A DNA stretch of 64,000 nt from Nostoc sp. (GTDB lineage Bacteria > Cyanobacteriota > Cyanobacteriia > Cyanobacteriales > Nostocaceae): positions 29,559 through 93,558 of the forward strand of contig JBALDB010000027.1 in NCBI GenBank assembly GCA_036918135.1. The letters are read 5' to 3'. How positions within the stretch are numbered: the first letter of the stretch is position 1; each line of letters starts with the position of its first letter. Made by a program: the position numbers and the translations under genes. The notes beneath the pieces were generated by a model. That model was not told where the DNA came from. It searched no databases and was given only the letters and a program-made list of their open reading frames with translations. Of this stretch, positions 10,431 through 21,582 are shown in pieces.

Positions 10431-11282
10431 ATGAGTGAACCACACAGGTATGAAGGACTGACAGAGAATATTTGGCTAGCTTTAGAGATTGGTAATTCTC
10501 GGTTGCACTGGGCGTTATTTAGAGGCGAAACTCTCGATTGTGCTTGGAATAGTGACTATTTGCCTGAGTCTTTGGTCTATCAGCTAGCTCAATCTCAAAC
10601 ACTCAATGATTTATTAATAGCAATTTTCCCAACCCAATACGCAACTGGGGAATACACAAAAACAAATACAAGCAGTTCTCTCTCATCCCTCCCTGCTCTG
10701 CTTCTCGCCTCTGTAGTTCCTAGCCAAACTGCTATTTGGCAAACTTATCCCAACGTTCGCGTTATTAGTTTAGACGAGATACCACTACAACATATATATT
10801 CCACATTTGGAATTGACCGGGCTTTAGCTTTGTGGGGCGCGGGGAAAACTTGGGGTTTTCCAATGTTAGTAATTGATGCAGGAACAACGCTAACTTTTAC
10901 GGCTGCTGATGCTAACCAATGTCTAGTTGGAGGCGCAATTCTACCAGGATTAGGTTTACAATTTGCAACTCTAGGTAAACAAACAGGACAATTACCATTA
11001 GTGGAAATCCCAAATTTTGCCTCTCTACCACCACGTTTTGCACTTAATACTACAGAAGCTATTCAAAGTGGAGTGATTTATACTTTTATAGCAGGAATTA
11101 AAGATTTTATTCAGGCTTGGTGGAAACTATTTCCTAATGGAAAGATTGCAATTAAAGGTGGCGATCGCACTTTATTAATCAACTATCTGCAAGCCTTATA
11201 CCCTGAAATTGCAGCAGATTTAATTGTAGAACCGAATTTAGTTTTTTGGGGAATGCGGGAAATAGTAATGGGTGATGAGTAA
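10431..11282 (+). CDS. coaX: Type III pantothenate kinase
   Basis: [23 protein letters not shown] and GGAILPG motifs. Confidence 0.92.
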   Translation: MSEPHRYEGLTENIWLALEIGNSRLHWALFRGETLDCAWNSDYLPESLVYQLAQSQTLNDLLIAIFPTQYATGEYTKTNTSSSLSSLPALLLASVVPSQTAIWQTYPNVRVISLDEIPLQHIYSTFGIDRALALWGAGKTWGFPMLVIDAGTTLTFTAADANQCLVGGAILPGLGLQFATLGKQTGQLPLVEIPNFASLPPRFALNTTEAIQSGVIYTFIAGIKDFIQAWWKLFPNGKIAIKGGDRTLLINYLQALYPEIAADLIVEPNLVFWGMREIVMGDE

Positions 11283-11409
11283 ACAGTAAATATTGGGGCG
11301 ATCGCCAGATAAACAGACAGATTAAAGTATAGATAGAATAAAATTAAGAAAGAATATTTCTAGTGAAGTTATACCCAGAACATCACCGCTTTATACAATT
11401 ACTGTCATC

Positions 11410-12501
11410 TCAATCATTAGAAATTTGACGTTGTTGAATCAGGGGAATGCAAATGATAAACTCCGCACCAACTCCTGGTTGCGAAATGCATTCTAAAGAA
11501 CCGCCATGTCTTTCTGTGATAATTTGGTAACTAATAGCCAGTCCCATCCCCGTACCTTGTCCAATGGGCTTAGTTGTAAAAAAGGGATTAAATATTTGCT
11601 TTTTAGCATCTTCTGGTATTCCTAGTCCGTTGTCGGCAATGCGAATTGTCACTTGATTTGGCGGTAGTAATTGGGTGCGAATATAAATTCGGGGATTATC
11701 CATTTTATTGTGTTTTTTTGTTGCCCATCGACCTTTAAGCACTGAATCTTCTAAAGCATCGATCGCATTTACTAAAATATTTAAAAATACTTGATTTAAC
11801 TGCCCGGCATAACAATCAATCAAGGGCAGACTGCCGTATTCTTTAATCACCTCAATTTGCGGGCGCTGGTCAGTAGGCTTAAGGCGGTTTTGAACGATCA
11901 TCATCGTACTCTCAATTCCCTCATGGATATCAACCGCTTTCATTTCAGCTTCGTCTAAGCGAGAGAAAGTCCGCAGGGAAAGCACAATCTCTCGAATCCG
12001 CTCCGCTCCCATCATCATCGATTTGAATAATTTGGGGAAGTCTGACCTTAAAAAATCTAGTTCAATTAGATTTGCAAACTCCTCAATTGCCTTAACTGAT
12101 TGGGGATAATGTTTTTGGTAGAGATCTAACAGTGAAAATAAGTTTTGAGCGTATTCATCAGCAGGTTTTAGGTTGCCGTAAATAAAGCTAACTGGGTTGT
12201 TGATTTCGTGAGCAATGCCTGCCACCATTTGACCCAGGGCAGACATCTTTTCGCTTTGAATTATTTGAGCTTGCATTTTATGCAAACTATCTAATGTATT
12301 TTCTAATTCTTGGCTTCTGTGCTGTAAGTCTGTGCGAGAGTCTTCTAACTCACAAATGACTTTCTTTAATAAAAATTCCTTTGTACCAATGTCAGTTTCT
12401 AACTGGTGGCGTTCAGCTTCACAGCGTTCTAGCTTTTTTTGCAAGATACGGTTTTTCTTTTTCAACTCTTGGAGCCGTATGGAATCGTCTTGGTTATCCA
12501 T
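11410..12501 (-). CDS. Cytoplasmic sensorless histidine kinase (coiled coil + HisKA + HATPase)
   Basis: IAHEINNP, QVFLNILVNA, DNGLGI, GQGTGMGL; no TM segment or sensor domain. Confidence 0.93.
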   Translation of the reverse strand: MDNQDDSIRLQELKKKNRILQKKLERCEAERHQLETDIGTKEFLLKKVICELEDSRTDLQHRSQELENTLDSLHKMQAQIIQSEKMSALGQMVAGIAHEINNPVSFIYGNLKPADEYAQNLFSLLDLYQKHYPQSVKAIEEFANLIELDFLRSDFPKLFKSMMMGAERIREIVLSLRTFSRLDEAEMKAVDIHEGIESTMMIVQNRLKPTDQRPQIEVIKEYGSLPLIDCYAGQLNQVFLNILVNAIDALEDSVLKGRWATKKHNKMDNPRIYIRTQLLPPNQVTIRIADNGLGIPEDAKKQIFNPFFTTKPIGQGTGMGLAISYQIITERHGGSLECISQPGVGAEFIICIPLIQQRQISND

Positions 12502-12508
12502 ACACTAC

Positions 12509-13666
12509 TTATTTTGTTCCCATTAGCAGTGTGACAAATGTTTTATTATGAAATTGCGTTTGACCTTTGTTAACCAAAGGAGCTATTTCACCGTAAGCGT
12601 AAAAACCACAGCAAGGCAACGCCTTTGGTAAATGAGTTTTCACAAGCTGATACTCAAGTCTTGCCAGAGTTCCCAAAATTCGCCGTCGGGCTGCACAGGA
12701 AATAAGTAACGCTGCTGTTGGCTCCACACCTGGATAATCGGCAAGAGCATTCTTTAAGGATGCCTCAGAAGCTGACAGAATATTGTCACGAGTTGCATCG
12801 GTGATTTGCACCACAGCCTGTTCGGGAATATCAGAGAAGAAGGTAACGCTACCAGATTGTTGGTCGTAACCATTGGGTGCCCGCATATAAAAATGGTCTC
12901 GATCCTCAAAAACTGCCAAGGCATGAATCGCAAAGTTAGCCGCAAATCGTTCTTCACCGAGATAGTGCTGGTAGAAATCTAAGGCACGCTGTCCATCAAT
13001 TTCATAGACTACGTTGCCATTAACTTTAGTTACACGGCTACGTTGGCTGATAGGAGTCCAACCACTAGCAACTCCGTGGGAAAATAGTAGTTGTCCAGAG
13101 AACAGCAGCACTGGCACTGAATCACTTAACACTTCACCCTGAAAAAATTGGTAGGTTTTATCAAAGGTATAGTCATCGGCAGCCATTCCCCCAACTATCG
13201 GAACATGCTCTCCCAGGCTTTGTTTTAAACCCTCTAAAATTAAGACCCCATTGCTTGTCAGACTATCAGGAAAGGTGAGGCACAATTGTGGCAGAGATGC
13301 ACTTTTTGCCTTTGCTTGTTCAATCGCTTGTTGGGCTGCAAGGGCTGGATTTTTGGATGCTCCTCGTCCAATACCTGAGTTAATTTCGACTTCATCGGTA
13401 GCAAACAGCATTAAGGTTAAAGAATCTTGCTGAAACTCCAGAATTGAGGAGATTTCTCCATTTGTAGTTCCACCAATCAACTCAATTCCAGGGAAAGTAT
13501 CCTGGATGCGTTGCAAAATTAATACATGGTCAAAGTCTATAGCAGTGAATAAAAGTCCAGCCTGAGGAATTGACCCTGCAAGGGAACGGCTACATTCTTG
13601 AAGAACTTCAGCGATCGCATTTTGAGAATCAGGATCGTCACTATGACCAACAACAACTTGAAACAC
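12509..13666 (-). CDS. FIST N/C domain signal protein (NosP-like)
   Basis: IGGTTNGEI, IVGGMAAD, SGWTPIS, ISCAARR, GFYAYGEIAP and FHNKT are typical FIST motifs; GTG start; 7 nt from the kinase start. Confidence 0.9.
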   Translation of the reverse strand: MFQVVVGHSDDPDSQNAIAEVLQECSRSLAGSIPQAGLLFTAIDFDHVLILQRIQDTFPGIELIGGTTNGEISSILEFQQDSLTLMLFATDEVEINSGIGRGASKNPALAAQQAIEQAKAKSASLPQLCLTFPDSLTSNGVLILEGLKQSLGEHVPIVGGMAADDYTFDKTYQFFQGEVLSDSVPVLLFSGQLLFSHGVASGWTPISQRSRVTKVNGNVVYEIDGQRALDFYQHYLGEERFAANFAIHALAVFEDRDHFYMRAPNGYDQQSGSVTFFSDIPEQAVVQITDATRDNILSASEASLKNALADYPGVEPTAALLISCAARRRILGTLARLEYQLVKTHLPKALPCCGFYAYGEIAPLVNKGQTQFHNKTFVTLLMGTK

Positions 13667-13934
13667 AACTACCTCGTTGTAAGTTTAAATACTGTATGCT
13701 AATTCAATTCGGATGTTAGCTTTCTGTACTTACAATTAGATTTCCCATTTCCTGGAACCAAATCTCAGTTCACCTGACTTTTTATCATCAAAATAAATAT
13801 GCGTGGGTTGTAACTATAAAATAATATAAATAAAAACAGCGACAAAGAGCCAAATTGTGCTTACGATTAGATTAGTTTAACTGTGGTAAGAGCGATCGCC
13901 TGATACAGGCTACTGTGAAGAATGCAGGGTTTCA

Positions 13935-14162
13935 AAGCAAGCTTTATATATGAGCCAGGGGCAGAGGAAAACAAGGGAAACCCTACCGCCAGGTAATGAT
14001 AGCTTGAATGGCGATGTAATTCTTGACGCACAAGCAATTTTTCAATTGAAGAATTTTGATGAAGTAATAGTTGTGACAACAAATTTAAAACACATATCCC
14101 TGTTTAAAAATGAAGGAATTTTTGTAGCAGATTGGCAGCAAACTATCAATAATATAGTTTAA
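13935..14162 (+). pseudogene. Remnant C-terminal part of a PIN-domain (VapC-like) gene
   Basis: GNDSLNGDVILDAQA...VIVVTTNLKHI...VADWQQ resembles the cyanobacterial PIN C-terminus; upstream ARGRGKQGKP is in another frame behind a stop; no N-terminus. Confidence 0.6.
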
Positions 14163-14234
14163 TTAGTTGAAATCATCTCTTTTAAAATACGTAACTCGCA
14201 TTTCTTCTATTACCAATGTCCAATATTCTATCCC

Positions 14235-15053
14235 CTATGCCCAATTTTCTTTAACAAACTCTCGAATATCTATCGCTATATCCTCAGCACAAGATTGTGG
14301 TAAGTCATTTCCGGCATGGGGAATCATTTTCAACTCAACTTTTGGAGTTAGTTGAGCATAAACTTGACTTTTGGCTAAAGCATCCAGTGTGTCTTGGCTA
14401 CCTTGTAAAATTAAAACCGGAACTTCAATCGTGTAAAGCCGTTTTTGTAATAATTCCGCCTCAATTTCTGCTTGTCGGCGTTTGAAAAGTAACTGGCAAG
14501 CTATGGGGTAACGCAATAAATCTTGACGTAATTGCAATTCCTGTATAACTTTTTCATGCCAACCTAAGATTTTAGTGAAGGAAATTAGCGATCGCGACAA
14601 TTTAACTATCAATGGAGGATAATTTAGTAATTGCCGCATCTTTTGGCAATACTCTTGTTGTCCTGCTATCTCTACGCCCTCAGGTGCTAGCAGTACCATA
14701 CCATTAACTTTCTCTGGATACTTTAGGAGATAACTAGCAGCTATCCAACCTCCAAGAGAATGCCCTACTAAATAGACTTTTTCTAGCTTTACAGCTTCCA
14801 AAAACTCTGCTAAACACTCGACTTGTAAATCAATCGAATGGTGGATATTAGGATTTTCCGACTCACCAAAGCCTAATAAATCAGGTGCGAAGCAATGGAA
14901 ATTCTCTGCAAGGGACTCCATTATAGATAACCATTGGCTGCTATCATTCCAAGCACCATGTAAAAAAATTATCGGAACTTCTGCACCTGCTTCACGCCAA
15001 AATAATAGCCCTTGAGAAAGCTTTCTCCGAGAGTTACGGAATAGTGTATCCAT
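14235..15053 (-). CDS. Alpha/beta hydrolase
   Basis: FLHGAW, PDLLGFGES, GHSLGG nucleophile elbow. Confidence 0.9.
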   Translation of the reverse strand: MDTLFRNSRRKLSQGLLFWREAGAEVPIIFLHGAWNDSSQWLSIMESLAENFHCFAPDLLGFGESENPNIHHSIDLQVECLAEFLEAVKLEKVYLVGHSLGGWIAASYLLKYPEKVNGMVLLAPEGVEIAGQQEYCQKMRQLLNYPPLIVKLSRSLISFTKILGWHEKVIQELQLRQDLLRYPIACQLLFKRRQAEIEAELLQKRLYTIEVPVLILQGSQDTLDALAKSQVYAQLTPKVELKMIPHAGNDLPQSCAEDIAIDIREFVKENWA

Positions 15054-15091
15054 TTTAATTTAGTAGTTAACCTTTAGCACCATAATAAATA

Positions 15092-15320
15092 GTCATTAGT
15101 CATTGGTCATCAGTCATTTGTCGTTTCCTGTAAAGTTGAGCCACTGCTTCCCTCTTAGGGTTCCCGCACTTCAAAGCAAGTAGCATTTGATATTCCCCAA
15201 CCTCTCTACGAGATGCTTTGTGTAGCTTGCTTCTCTGTAAGAGTACACAAGAAACTTTGCGCTTTGTAATTTTTCCTTTGGAAATAACTAATCATCAATG
15301 ACCAACGACCAATGCACTAA
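15092..15320. repeat. STRR-bounded composite dispersed element (related copies near 16050-16160 and 52790-52965)
   Basis: (AGTCATT)n ... AAAGTTGAGCCACTGCT ... AACTTTGCGCTTTG ... (TGACCAA)n; reverse complement AGCAGTGGCTCGACTTT near 52884. Confidence 0.6.
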
Positions 15321-15333
15321 TAACAAAATACTA

Positions 15334-15828
15334 TTATGCCAATGTTGTCAACCCATTCAAGTAGTCTTGCAACTGTCGAGTATGGTCGTGAGACATCTGT
15401 CCTGGAGGTAGGAAATTGGAAGCAAAAGCTTGGATTTCCATCACTTCTAAAGCATCTTTAACTTCCATTGTCCCATGCACTTCGGCTTCAACCACAATAC
15501 AAATTGAATGAATTCTCGGATCGCGCTCTGGTGAAGAGTAAACTCCTACTAAACGGTTAATTTTCACTAATTCTAGTCCAGTTTCCTCCATCAATTCGCG
15601 GCGGACTGTGTTGGGAACATCTTCTCCCCAATCCACAATACCTCCAGGCAATGACCAAAGACCATTGTCGCGCCGCCGGATCAGTACGATCCGACCATCG
15701 GGTAAAATCGGGATGATACTAGTGCCAGTAATGGGATGACGAAATATAATACCCAATACTGTTTGTCCAATACGCCATAAGCTACGGGTGGACTCGACAG
15801 CTGACGGAAAAAAAGCAGTAAGGTTCAA
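15334..15828 (-). CDS. NUDIX hydrolase (start uncertain)
   Basis: Nudix box PGGIVDWGEDVPNTVRRELMEETG. Confidence 0.9.
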   Translation of the reverse strand: MNLTAFFPSAVESTRSLWRIGQTVLGIIFRHPITGTSIIPILPDGRIVLIRRRDNGLWSLPGGIVDWGEDVPNTVRRELMEETGLELVKINRLVGVYSSPERDPRIHSICIVVEAEVHGTMEVKDALEVMEIQAFASNFLPPGQMSHDHTRQLQDYLNGLTTLA

Positions 15829-16363
15829 TCTTCAAAATTTATGTATTGTATTCTATATTTCCCTACCACTTACATAGACTCAACTAATATAGTTTCTGTT
15901 GAGTTTTGTTTTATACAAAAATGTTTGTGGTCTGAGATTTTATTCTCACGATTTACGTAGAATACTCTCAATTCTAACATCAAGTCTCCAGAGAAGCACT
16001 GTATTTCTATATACATAATATTTGTTATCAATCATTAATTCTCTGTCCTCTCCTGTAAAGTTGAGCTACTCATTAAATAGAGCCTCCTGGCTCCTTTAGT
16101 GGTATCTGAGCAAAGTAAACCTTTGCTCATTTTTTGTGCTTTGGCAATTGTCTTTTGTCCATTATTTATTCACTAATGACCAATGAGTAATCATTTAGAA
16201 CTACTATATTGTTTAATTAGACCTGTTAAACTTTTGCAGAATAAATAATACTGGTTTTTCCAACAATAACAATTAATTAGCTAATTTACATTTAATTCAA
16301 ATATTTAAAGCTTAGAAACCATATTTTTCATCTAACTGCCAAGTAGATAATTTTGAATTGTTA

Positions 16364-16393
16364 TTGACATAATCAAGTTGAATGCGGTAGACT
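16364..16393 (+). promoter_or_regulatory. Sigma70-type promoter for the small basic protein
   Basis: TTGACA (16364-16369) - 18 nt - TAGACT (16388-16393). Confidence 0.6.
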
Positions 16394-16515
16394 AGAAGAC
16401 TGTTTAAAGCGTATTAATTGTTTCACTAGGCTACAAGTATATCAATAACATTGGTAGCTGATATTGCCTACGTCATGCCTAGTTGCGATTTTTGTTGTTT
16501 ATTAACGAGGTGAAC

Positions 16516-16680
16516 ATGGCTAAGCGCCGTAACCCGAAAAAAGAAAAGGCGCTACGGAACCAGGCATATGCCCGGAAGTTTCGTAAACGGACTACGACAG
16601 GAAGAATGCAGAGAAGGTTCCAACAAAGACCACCAAAGAGTGAGGAAGATGAGGGCGCAGCAGCAATAGATGCTGAGTAA
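16516..16680 (+). CDS. Small basic hypothetical protein, 54 aa
   Basis: GAGG RBS before ATG 16516; MAKRRNPKKEKALRNQAYARKFRKR...acidic tail. Confidence 0.75.
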   Translation: MAKRRNPKKEKALRNQAYARKFRKRTTTGRMQRRFQQRPPKSEEDEGAAAIDAE

Positions 16681-16763
16681 GTTGCCTGTTACAATACTTA
16701 CTTTTTAAGTCTTTTAGAATTTGGGGGCGTACAAATGTACGCCCTCAATTATTTTGGGGATAT

Positions 16764-16957
16764 AGGGCATGGGGTAAGCCGATAGTGTCGGAGGTGTGGG
16801 AGGTCTGGGAGGATGGGGAACAAATGCAGGTGTGGGAGGTTTTGGAGGTGTGGGAGGATGGGGAACAAATCTTTCCCCCCTCTCTTCCCACACTCCCCAC
16901 ACTCCTCACACTCCCCCATCTCCCCACACTCCCCACACTTCCCACACTCCCCATTTC
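16764..16957 (-). repeat. Dispersed G-rich/C-rich palindromic element, copy B
   Basis: Reverse complement shares AAGATTT-TTCCCCATCCTCCCA and CAGACCTCCCACACCTCC-ACACTA-CG-CTTACCCCATGCCC with copy A. Confidence 0.85.
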
Positions 16958-18352
16958 CTACTCGCTCTCTTCGCTAACTTGAGCGCGGGCGGCTATCAGT
17001 GCTTCATCTACCTGTGCAAAGCCAGTACCACCGTAACTGTTGCGGGCAGCTACAACTTGATGGGGGGATATGGCTTGATAAATATCTGCGGCAAATGCTG
17101 GATGTAGTTGTTGCCACTCGTCCAATGTCAAATCTTTTAAAAGTTTACCTGTGGCAATACTGGTTTTTACGACTTTACCCACAAGATTGTAAGCTTCTCG
17201 GAAAGGCACACCTCGTGCGGCAAGATAATCTGCAACATCGGTAGCATTGGAAAAGTCTTCTGTCACTGCTTCGCCTAAGCGCTGAGTACGAAATTCTAAG
17301 CCTTCCTCCAGCAAAATTGTCATTGCTTGCAAACAGGCTTTGACTGTGTTGACGCTATCAAATAGACCTTCTTTATCCTCTTGCAGGTCTTTGTTATATG
17401 CCAAGGGTAGCCCTTTCATAATCACCAGCATTGCCTGGAGATGACCAAATACACGCCCTGTTTTTCCGCGCACCAATTCCGGGACATCAGGATTTTTCTT
17501 TTGGGGCATGATACTCGAACCGGTTGCACAGCTATCTTTGAGGGTGACAAAGCGAAATTCTTCAGATGACCAAAGAATTACTTCTTCTGCAAGTCGGCTG
17601 AGGTGAACCATAATTAAGCTAGCAGCACACAAAAATTCGATCGCAAAATCGCGATCGCTCACTCCATCGAGGCTATTAGCATAAATATTGTCAAATTTCA
17701 AGAGCTTGGCTGTGTAATGGCGGTCAATAGGGAAAGTAGTTCCGGCTAAAGCACCGCACCCCAAAGGTGAAATATTCACGCGGCGAGAAACATCATTTAG
17801 GCGTTCCCAGTCGCGTTGTGCCATTTGAAAGTATGCGAGGAGATGGTGAGCTAAACTGAGGGGTTGGGCGCGTTGGAGGTGAGTATAGCCTGGAATTAAA
17901 GTTTCAACGTTTTTTTCAGCTATATTTAAGAGAATACCTTGGAATTCGCGCAATTGGCTTTTGATTTGTTGGATTTGGTCGCGGAGGTAAAGTCTGGTAT
18001 CAGTGCCAACTTGGTCATTACGCGATCGCGCTGTATGCAGTTTTTTACCCACATCGCCGACAATTTCCGTTAATCGTCGTTCAACTGCAAAATGCACATC
18101 TTCAGCATCGACACCAGGCTGAAATTTCCCTTGGCGATACTCTTGGCGAACTTGGTCTAAACCTGCGATTAGTTGCTCGCCTTCTTCTTTTGAGATAATG
18201 CCCGTGTGAGCGAGCATTTGGGCATGAGCTTGAGAACCAGTCAAGTCATATTCTATTAATTCAATATCAAAATTTATACTGGCATTAAACCGAGCGATCG
18301 CTGGATGTAATGCTGATTCAAACCGCTGACTCCAAGTTTGTTCTTTAGTCAT
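16958..18352 (-). CDS. argH: Argininosuccinate lyase
   Basis: [19 protein letters not shown] and [12 protein letters not shown] signature. Confidence 0.98.
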   Translation of the reverse strand: MTKEQTWSQRFESALHPAIARFNASINFDIELIEYDLTGSQAHAQMLAHTGIISKEEGEQLIAGLDQVRQEYRQGKFQPGVDAEDVHFAVERRLTEIVGDVGKKLHTARSRNDQVGTDTRLYLRDQIQQIKSQLREFQGILLNIAEKNVETLIPGYTHLQRAQPLSLAHHLLAYFQMAQRDWERLNDVSRRVNISPLGCGALAGTTFPIDRHYTAKLLKFDNIYANSLDGVSDRDFAIEFLCAASLIMVHLSRLAEEVILWSSEEFRFVTLKDSCATGSSIMPQKKNPDVPELVRGKTGRVFGHLQAMLVIMKGLPLAYNKDLQEDKEGLFDSVNTVKACLQAMTILLEEGLEFRTQRLGEAVTEDFSNATDVADYLAARGVPFREAYNLVGKVVKTSIATGKLLKDLTLDEWQQLHPAFAADIYQAISPHQVVAARNSYGGTGFAQVDEALIAARAQVSEESE

Positions 18353-18484
18353 AGATATAAGGCAAATGAAGGAGAGTTAAGAGTTAGCAGCCTGGCCGGA
18401 TATATTTGGGTTGCTGCGGTTAAGAGTGATAAATTTTTGAGTTCTAACTTCTGACTGCTAACTTTTAACTCCTAACTTTTAAAT

Positions 18485-18691
18485 TTAACCGTAGCTAGTT
18501 AGATTCCGAATGATATAGCCAATGACTAAACCGATCAACAATGCCCACACTTGACCTGTCTGTATAAAGTGGTTCCAAGATTTTTGCATCTGACCCATCA
18601 GATCGGGATCGGTAATTGTTTGTGCTAATGCCGTGAAATTTACAGGCAAATGCCAAAATAACTGAGATATAAAATCGCTGTAGTAGCTCAT
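18485..18691 (-). CDS. Small hypothetical membrane protein
   Basis: 68 aa; C-terminal TM GQVWALLIGLVIGY, a pattern seen in conserved cyanobacterial small proteins. Confidence 0.7.
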   Translation of the reverse strand: MSYYSDFISQLFWHLPVNFTALAQTITDPDLMGQMQKSWNHFIQTGQVWALLIGLVIGYIIRNLTSYG

Positions 18692-18796
18692 ATTTGGTGA
18701 TTAACAGATTGGAGATGCCAAATTTCAGTATCAGTCTATTTATCAAAAAATTACTGATAAATACTGAAATATTGAGTATGACCTTAATGTCTTAAC

Positions 18797-19585
18797 TCAA
18801 GATCCAGGCAATGCCAACCGCAATTTCTCGGCTGTTCGTAAAATTTGCCCTGCCAAAACTGCTGCGCCAAAACCGTTATCGATATTTACTACACCTACTC
18901 CTGCCGCACAAGAATTTAGCATTGTCAACAGGGGTGCTAAACCGCCAAAACTTGCGCCGTAACCGATACTGGTGGGTACGGCAATCACGGGACAATTGGC
19001 TAAACCAGCAACGACACTGGGTAAAGCGCCTTCCATCCCCGCCACCACAATCAACACCGATGCCGAATCGATGAAGTGACGATTACTTAATAAGCGGTGA
19101 ATCCCTGCAACGCCGACATCCCAGAGGCGCTGTACTCGAAAACCAGAAAGTTCAGCAGTCACAGCAGCTTCTTGGGCAACGGGTAAATCGGCAGTACCAG
19201 CAGAAAGAATGCCAATTTCACCGTGAAATTGTGGTTCGATGGTAGGAGGAGCGATCGCACAAATTCGCGCCAGTTCGTAATATCGCAAACCAGTAACTTT
19301 TGCTTGCAGTGCGTCATAAACTGCTGGTTCAATGCGGGTTGCCATTACCACTGGGTTCCGGAGGCGCATCACTTCGATAATTTGAGCAATTTGCTCCGGT
19401 GTTTTTCCAGGGCCCCAAATTACTTCTGGGAAACCAGTTCTTAACTGACGATGGTGGTCAATTTTAGCAAACTCACCCACACTTTCATAGGTTAAGTCTT
19501 TGAGAGAGTCTAAGGCTATATCTGGGGAAACTTTACCATTGGCAACCGCTTCTAAAAGCGATCGCAAATTTTTTTCATTGGTCAT
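18797..19585 (-). CDS. larB: LarB/CpmA family PurE-like protein (alternative start at 19606 lies in STRR)
   Basis: DHHRQLRTGFPEVIW, AGTADLPVA, DVGVAGIHRL, VAGMEGALPS, PTSIGYG and VNIDNGFGA. Confidence 0.9.
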   Translation of the reverse strand: MTNEKNLRSLLEAVANGKVSPDIALDSLKDLTYESVGEFAKIDHHRQLRTGFPEVIWGPGKTPEQIAQIIEVMRLRNPVVMATRIEPAVYDALQAKVTGLRYYELARICAIAPPTIEPQFHGEIGILSAGTADLPVAQEAAVTAELSGFRVQRLWDVGVAGIHRLLSNRHFIDSASVLIVVAGMEGALPSVVAGLANCPVIAVPTSIGYGASFGGLAPLLTMLNSCAAGVGVVNIDNGFGAAVLAGQILRTAEKLRLALPGS

Positions 19586-19686
19586 TTGTGCTTTGTCCTT
19601 TGTCATTTATCATTAGTTATTAGTCATTAGTCATTTGTGCTTTGTCCTTTACAAATAACTAATGACCAATGACCAATGACTAATGA

Positions 19687-21477
19687 CTAATCAGTTACTT
19701 TCAATTCGTAGAGGTTCCAGAATGGCCCACCAAGAGCAGTATACCGAATACCTTGGAAGCGATCGTGTACTGCTTGTAAGTTTAATCCTTCTACCAAATG
19801 AATAAACGGCAACTGTTCTGAGGCGATGCGCTGATATTCGTAGTAAATCTCTTTGCGTTTGTTTTCATCTAATACTTGTGCGCCTTGAATATAAAGGCGA
19901 TCGATTTGTTTTTCCCAATCAGAAACTTCCCAACCAATTAGCGGCGGATCTCCAGGTTGTGCGCCTTGATTAAATGCGTGAGATCCACCAGTAATTCTCC
20001 AGATATTGCTAGCACTGTGGGGTTCAATACCACCTCCAGCAAATCCTCCAAGATAACAATCCCAATCTTGTGTAACTTTCAATTTTTCTAGATAAGAATT
20101 GAAACTAAGGATTTGCAAATCAACTTGAATACCAATTCTCGCAAGGTCTCGGCGGATTTGAGATGCCATATCTCCTCTAACTTTCCTTTCAGAATTTGTT
20201 AAGAGTGTAAATCTAACTCGGTTGCCATCAGCATCGACAAGTTGATTCTGGGCATTATATTTAAATCCAGCTTCTAACAGTATTTTTTTTGATTTTTCCG
20301 GTTGAAAGTTATATACCTTTAATCCTTTTTCTGGAGGTAGGAAGTAGGGACTTTTCACATAAACAAATGAATTTTGCAGTTCCCCTATTCCCCGGTAAGC
20401 ATTTATTTTCATTGTTTCACGGTCTAGTGCATAGGCTATAGCTTGTCTAAATTCCTTTTGATTAAACCAGCGGGATTTGATTGGGTCTACCAATGGCTTA
20501 CTTTGAGAATTTTTGGCTTTATTGAGATTAAAAGAAATAAACGTTGTACTTGTATCTGGCCCGCCATTATAAATTTTAAACTTCGCTCGTTTTTCTTCTC
20601 GTTTCAGTAGACTAAAACCTTCTGGAGGAACTTCTAAATCATCTAATTGTCCAGAGCGAAAACTAATCAATTGGTTTTCAGTGGATTCAATAATTTGTAC
20701 AACAATACGCTCAATGTAAGGCTGAGGATTGCCCTGAGCATCTTTGCGCCAGTAGTATGGATTGCGCCGAAATATAACTCGCTGACTAGGAACATAACTT
20801 TCCATTACATAGGGGCCGTTGCCAACAATTTTTTTAGGATCGGTACCTGTTCCCCAGAGAGAAATAAACTTAGGATTTCCATTAGATTCAGTTGTACGAA
20901 TTGCTTCTTGTAGAACATGGGCTGGCATAATTGGGATGCCACCTACATATCTTAAAAAAGGAGAAAAAGGTTCTTGTATAGTGAATTCAACTCGACGGTC
21001 ATCAATTTTTTTTACTTTTGGCAAAGTATCTTTCTCACCAATTTTTAAAGCATCTTTAGTAGAAGTGGGAATTTTCGGATTGAGATAAATTTCGTTATAA
21101 GTAAAAACAATATCATCAGCAGTCATCGGCTCACCATCTGACCACTTAATTCCTTCTCGCAAGGTAATTACAATCCGCTGTGCATCTTGAGAAACTTCCC
21201 AAGATTCTGCCAAACTAGGTTCTAGATTTGTAGTTATCGGATTCTCGTTAATCAATGAGTCATAGATGAAGCCGAAAACGCTATATGCTGAATCATTCAA
21301 AGCATAATTAAAAGTTGAAGGCTCGCTCAAAATTGCGGTAACAAGTTGTGGCACTTGAGCCGCTGCAGTTTTGAAGTTACCTGGGTTGCAGGCAGTAAGT
21401 GTCAATGCTGTTGCTAAACTCAGAATTATTGGTAACAAAAAATGTTTAATCTTAAAAAAGATAGATGGTAATTTCAT
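19687..21477 (-). CDS. ABC transporter substrate-binding lipoprotein (peptide/nickel family 5)
   Basis: Lipobox LTAC; LAESWEVS, WSDGEPMTADDI, GNGPY and RNPYYW. Confidence 0.92.
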   Translation of the reverse strand: MKLPSIFFKIKHFLLPIILSLATALTLTACNPGNFKTAAAQVPQLVTAILSEPSTFNYALNDSAYSVFGFIYDSLINENPITTNLEPSLAESWEVSQDAQRIVITLREGIKWSDGEPMTADDIVFTYNEIYLNPKIPTSTKDALKIGEKDTLPKVKKIDDRRVEFTIQEPFSPFLRYVGGIPIMPAHVLQEAIRTTESNGNPKFISLWGTGTDPKKIVGNGPYVMESYVPSQRVIFRRNPYYWRKDAQGNPQPYIERIVVQIIESTENQLISFRSGQLDDLEVPPEGFSLLKREEKRAKFKIYNGGPDTSTTFISFNLNKAKNSQSKPLVDPIKSRWFNQKEFRQAIAYALDRETMKINAYRGIGELQNSFVYVKSPYFLPPEKGLKVYNFQPEKSKKILLEAGFKYNAQNQLVDADGNRVRFTLLTNSERKVRGDMASQIRRDLARIGIQVDLQILSFNSYLEKLKVTQDWDCYLGGFAGGGIEPHSASNIWRITGGSHAFNQGAQPGDPPLIGWEVSDWEKQIDRLYIQGAQVLDENKRKEIYYEYQRIASEQLPFIHLVEGLNLQAVHDRFQGIRYTALGGPFWNLYELKVTD

Positions 21478-21582
21478 AGAATTAAATCTATTATATTTCC
21501 GTTTAATTAGGGCTAATACTATCAGGGGTTAGCGAAACATAAGTTATGAAGAGATTCTGATTTTTTTGACATTATTTTATTA

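Noticed and set aside
16714..17107. Several short Pro/Gly-rich ORFs (also at 51079-51423 and 8397-8603)
   Set aside because: Low-complexity translations of the G/C-rich repeat family.
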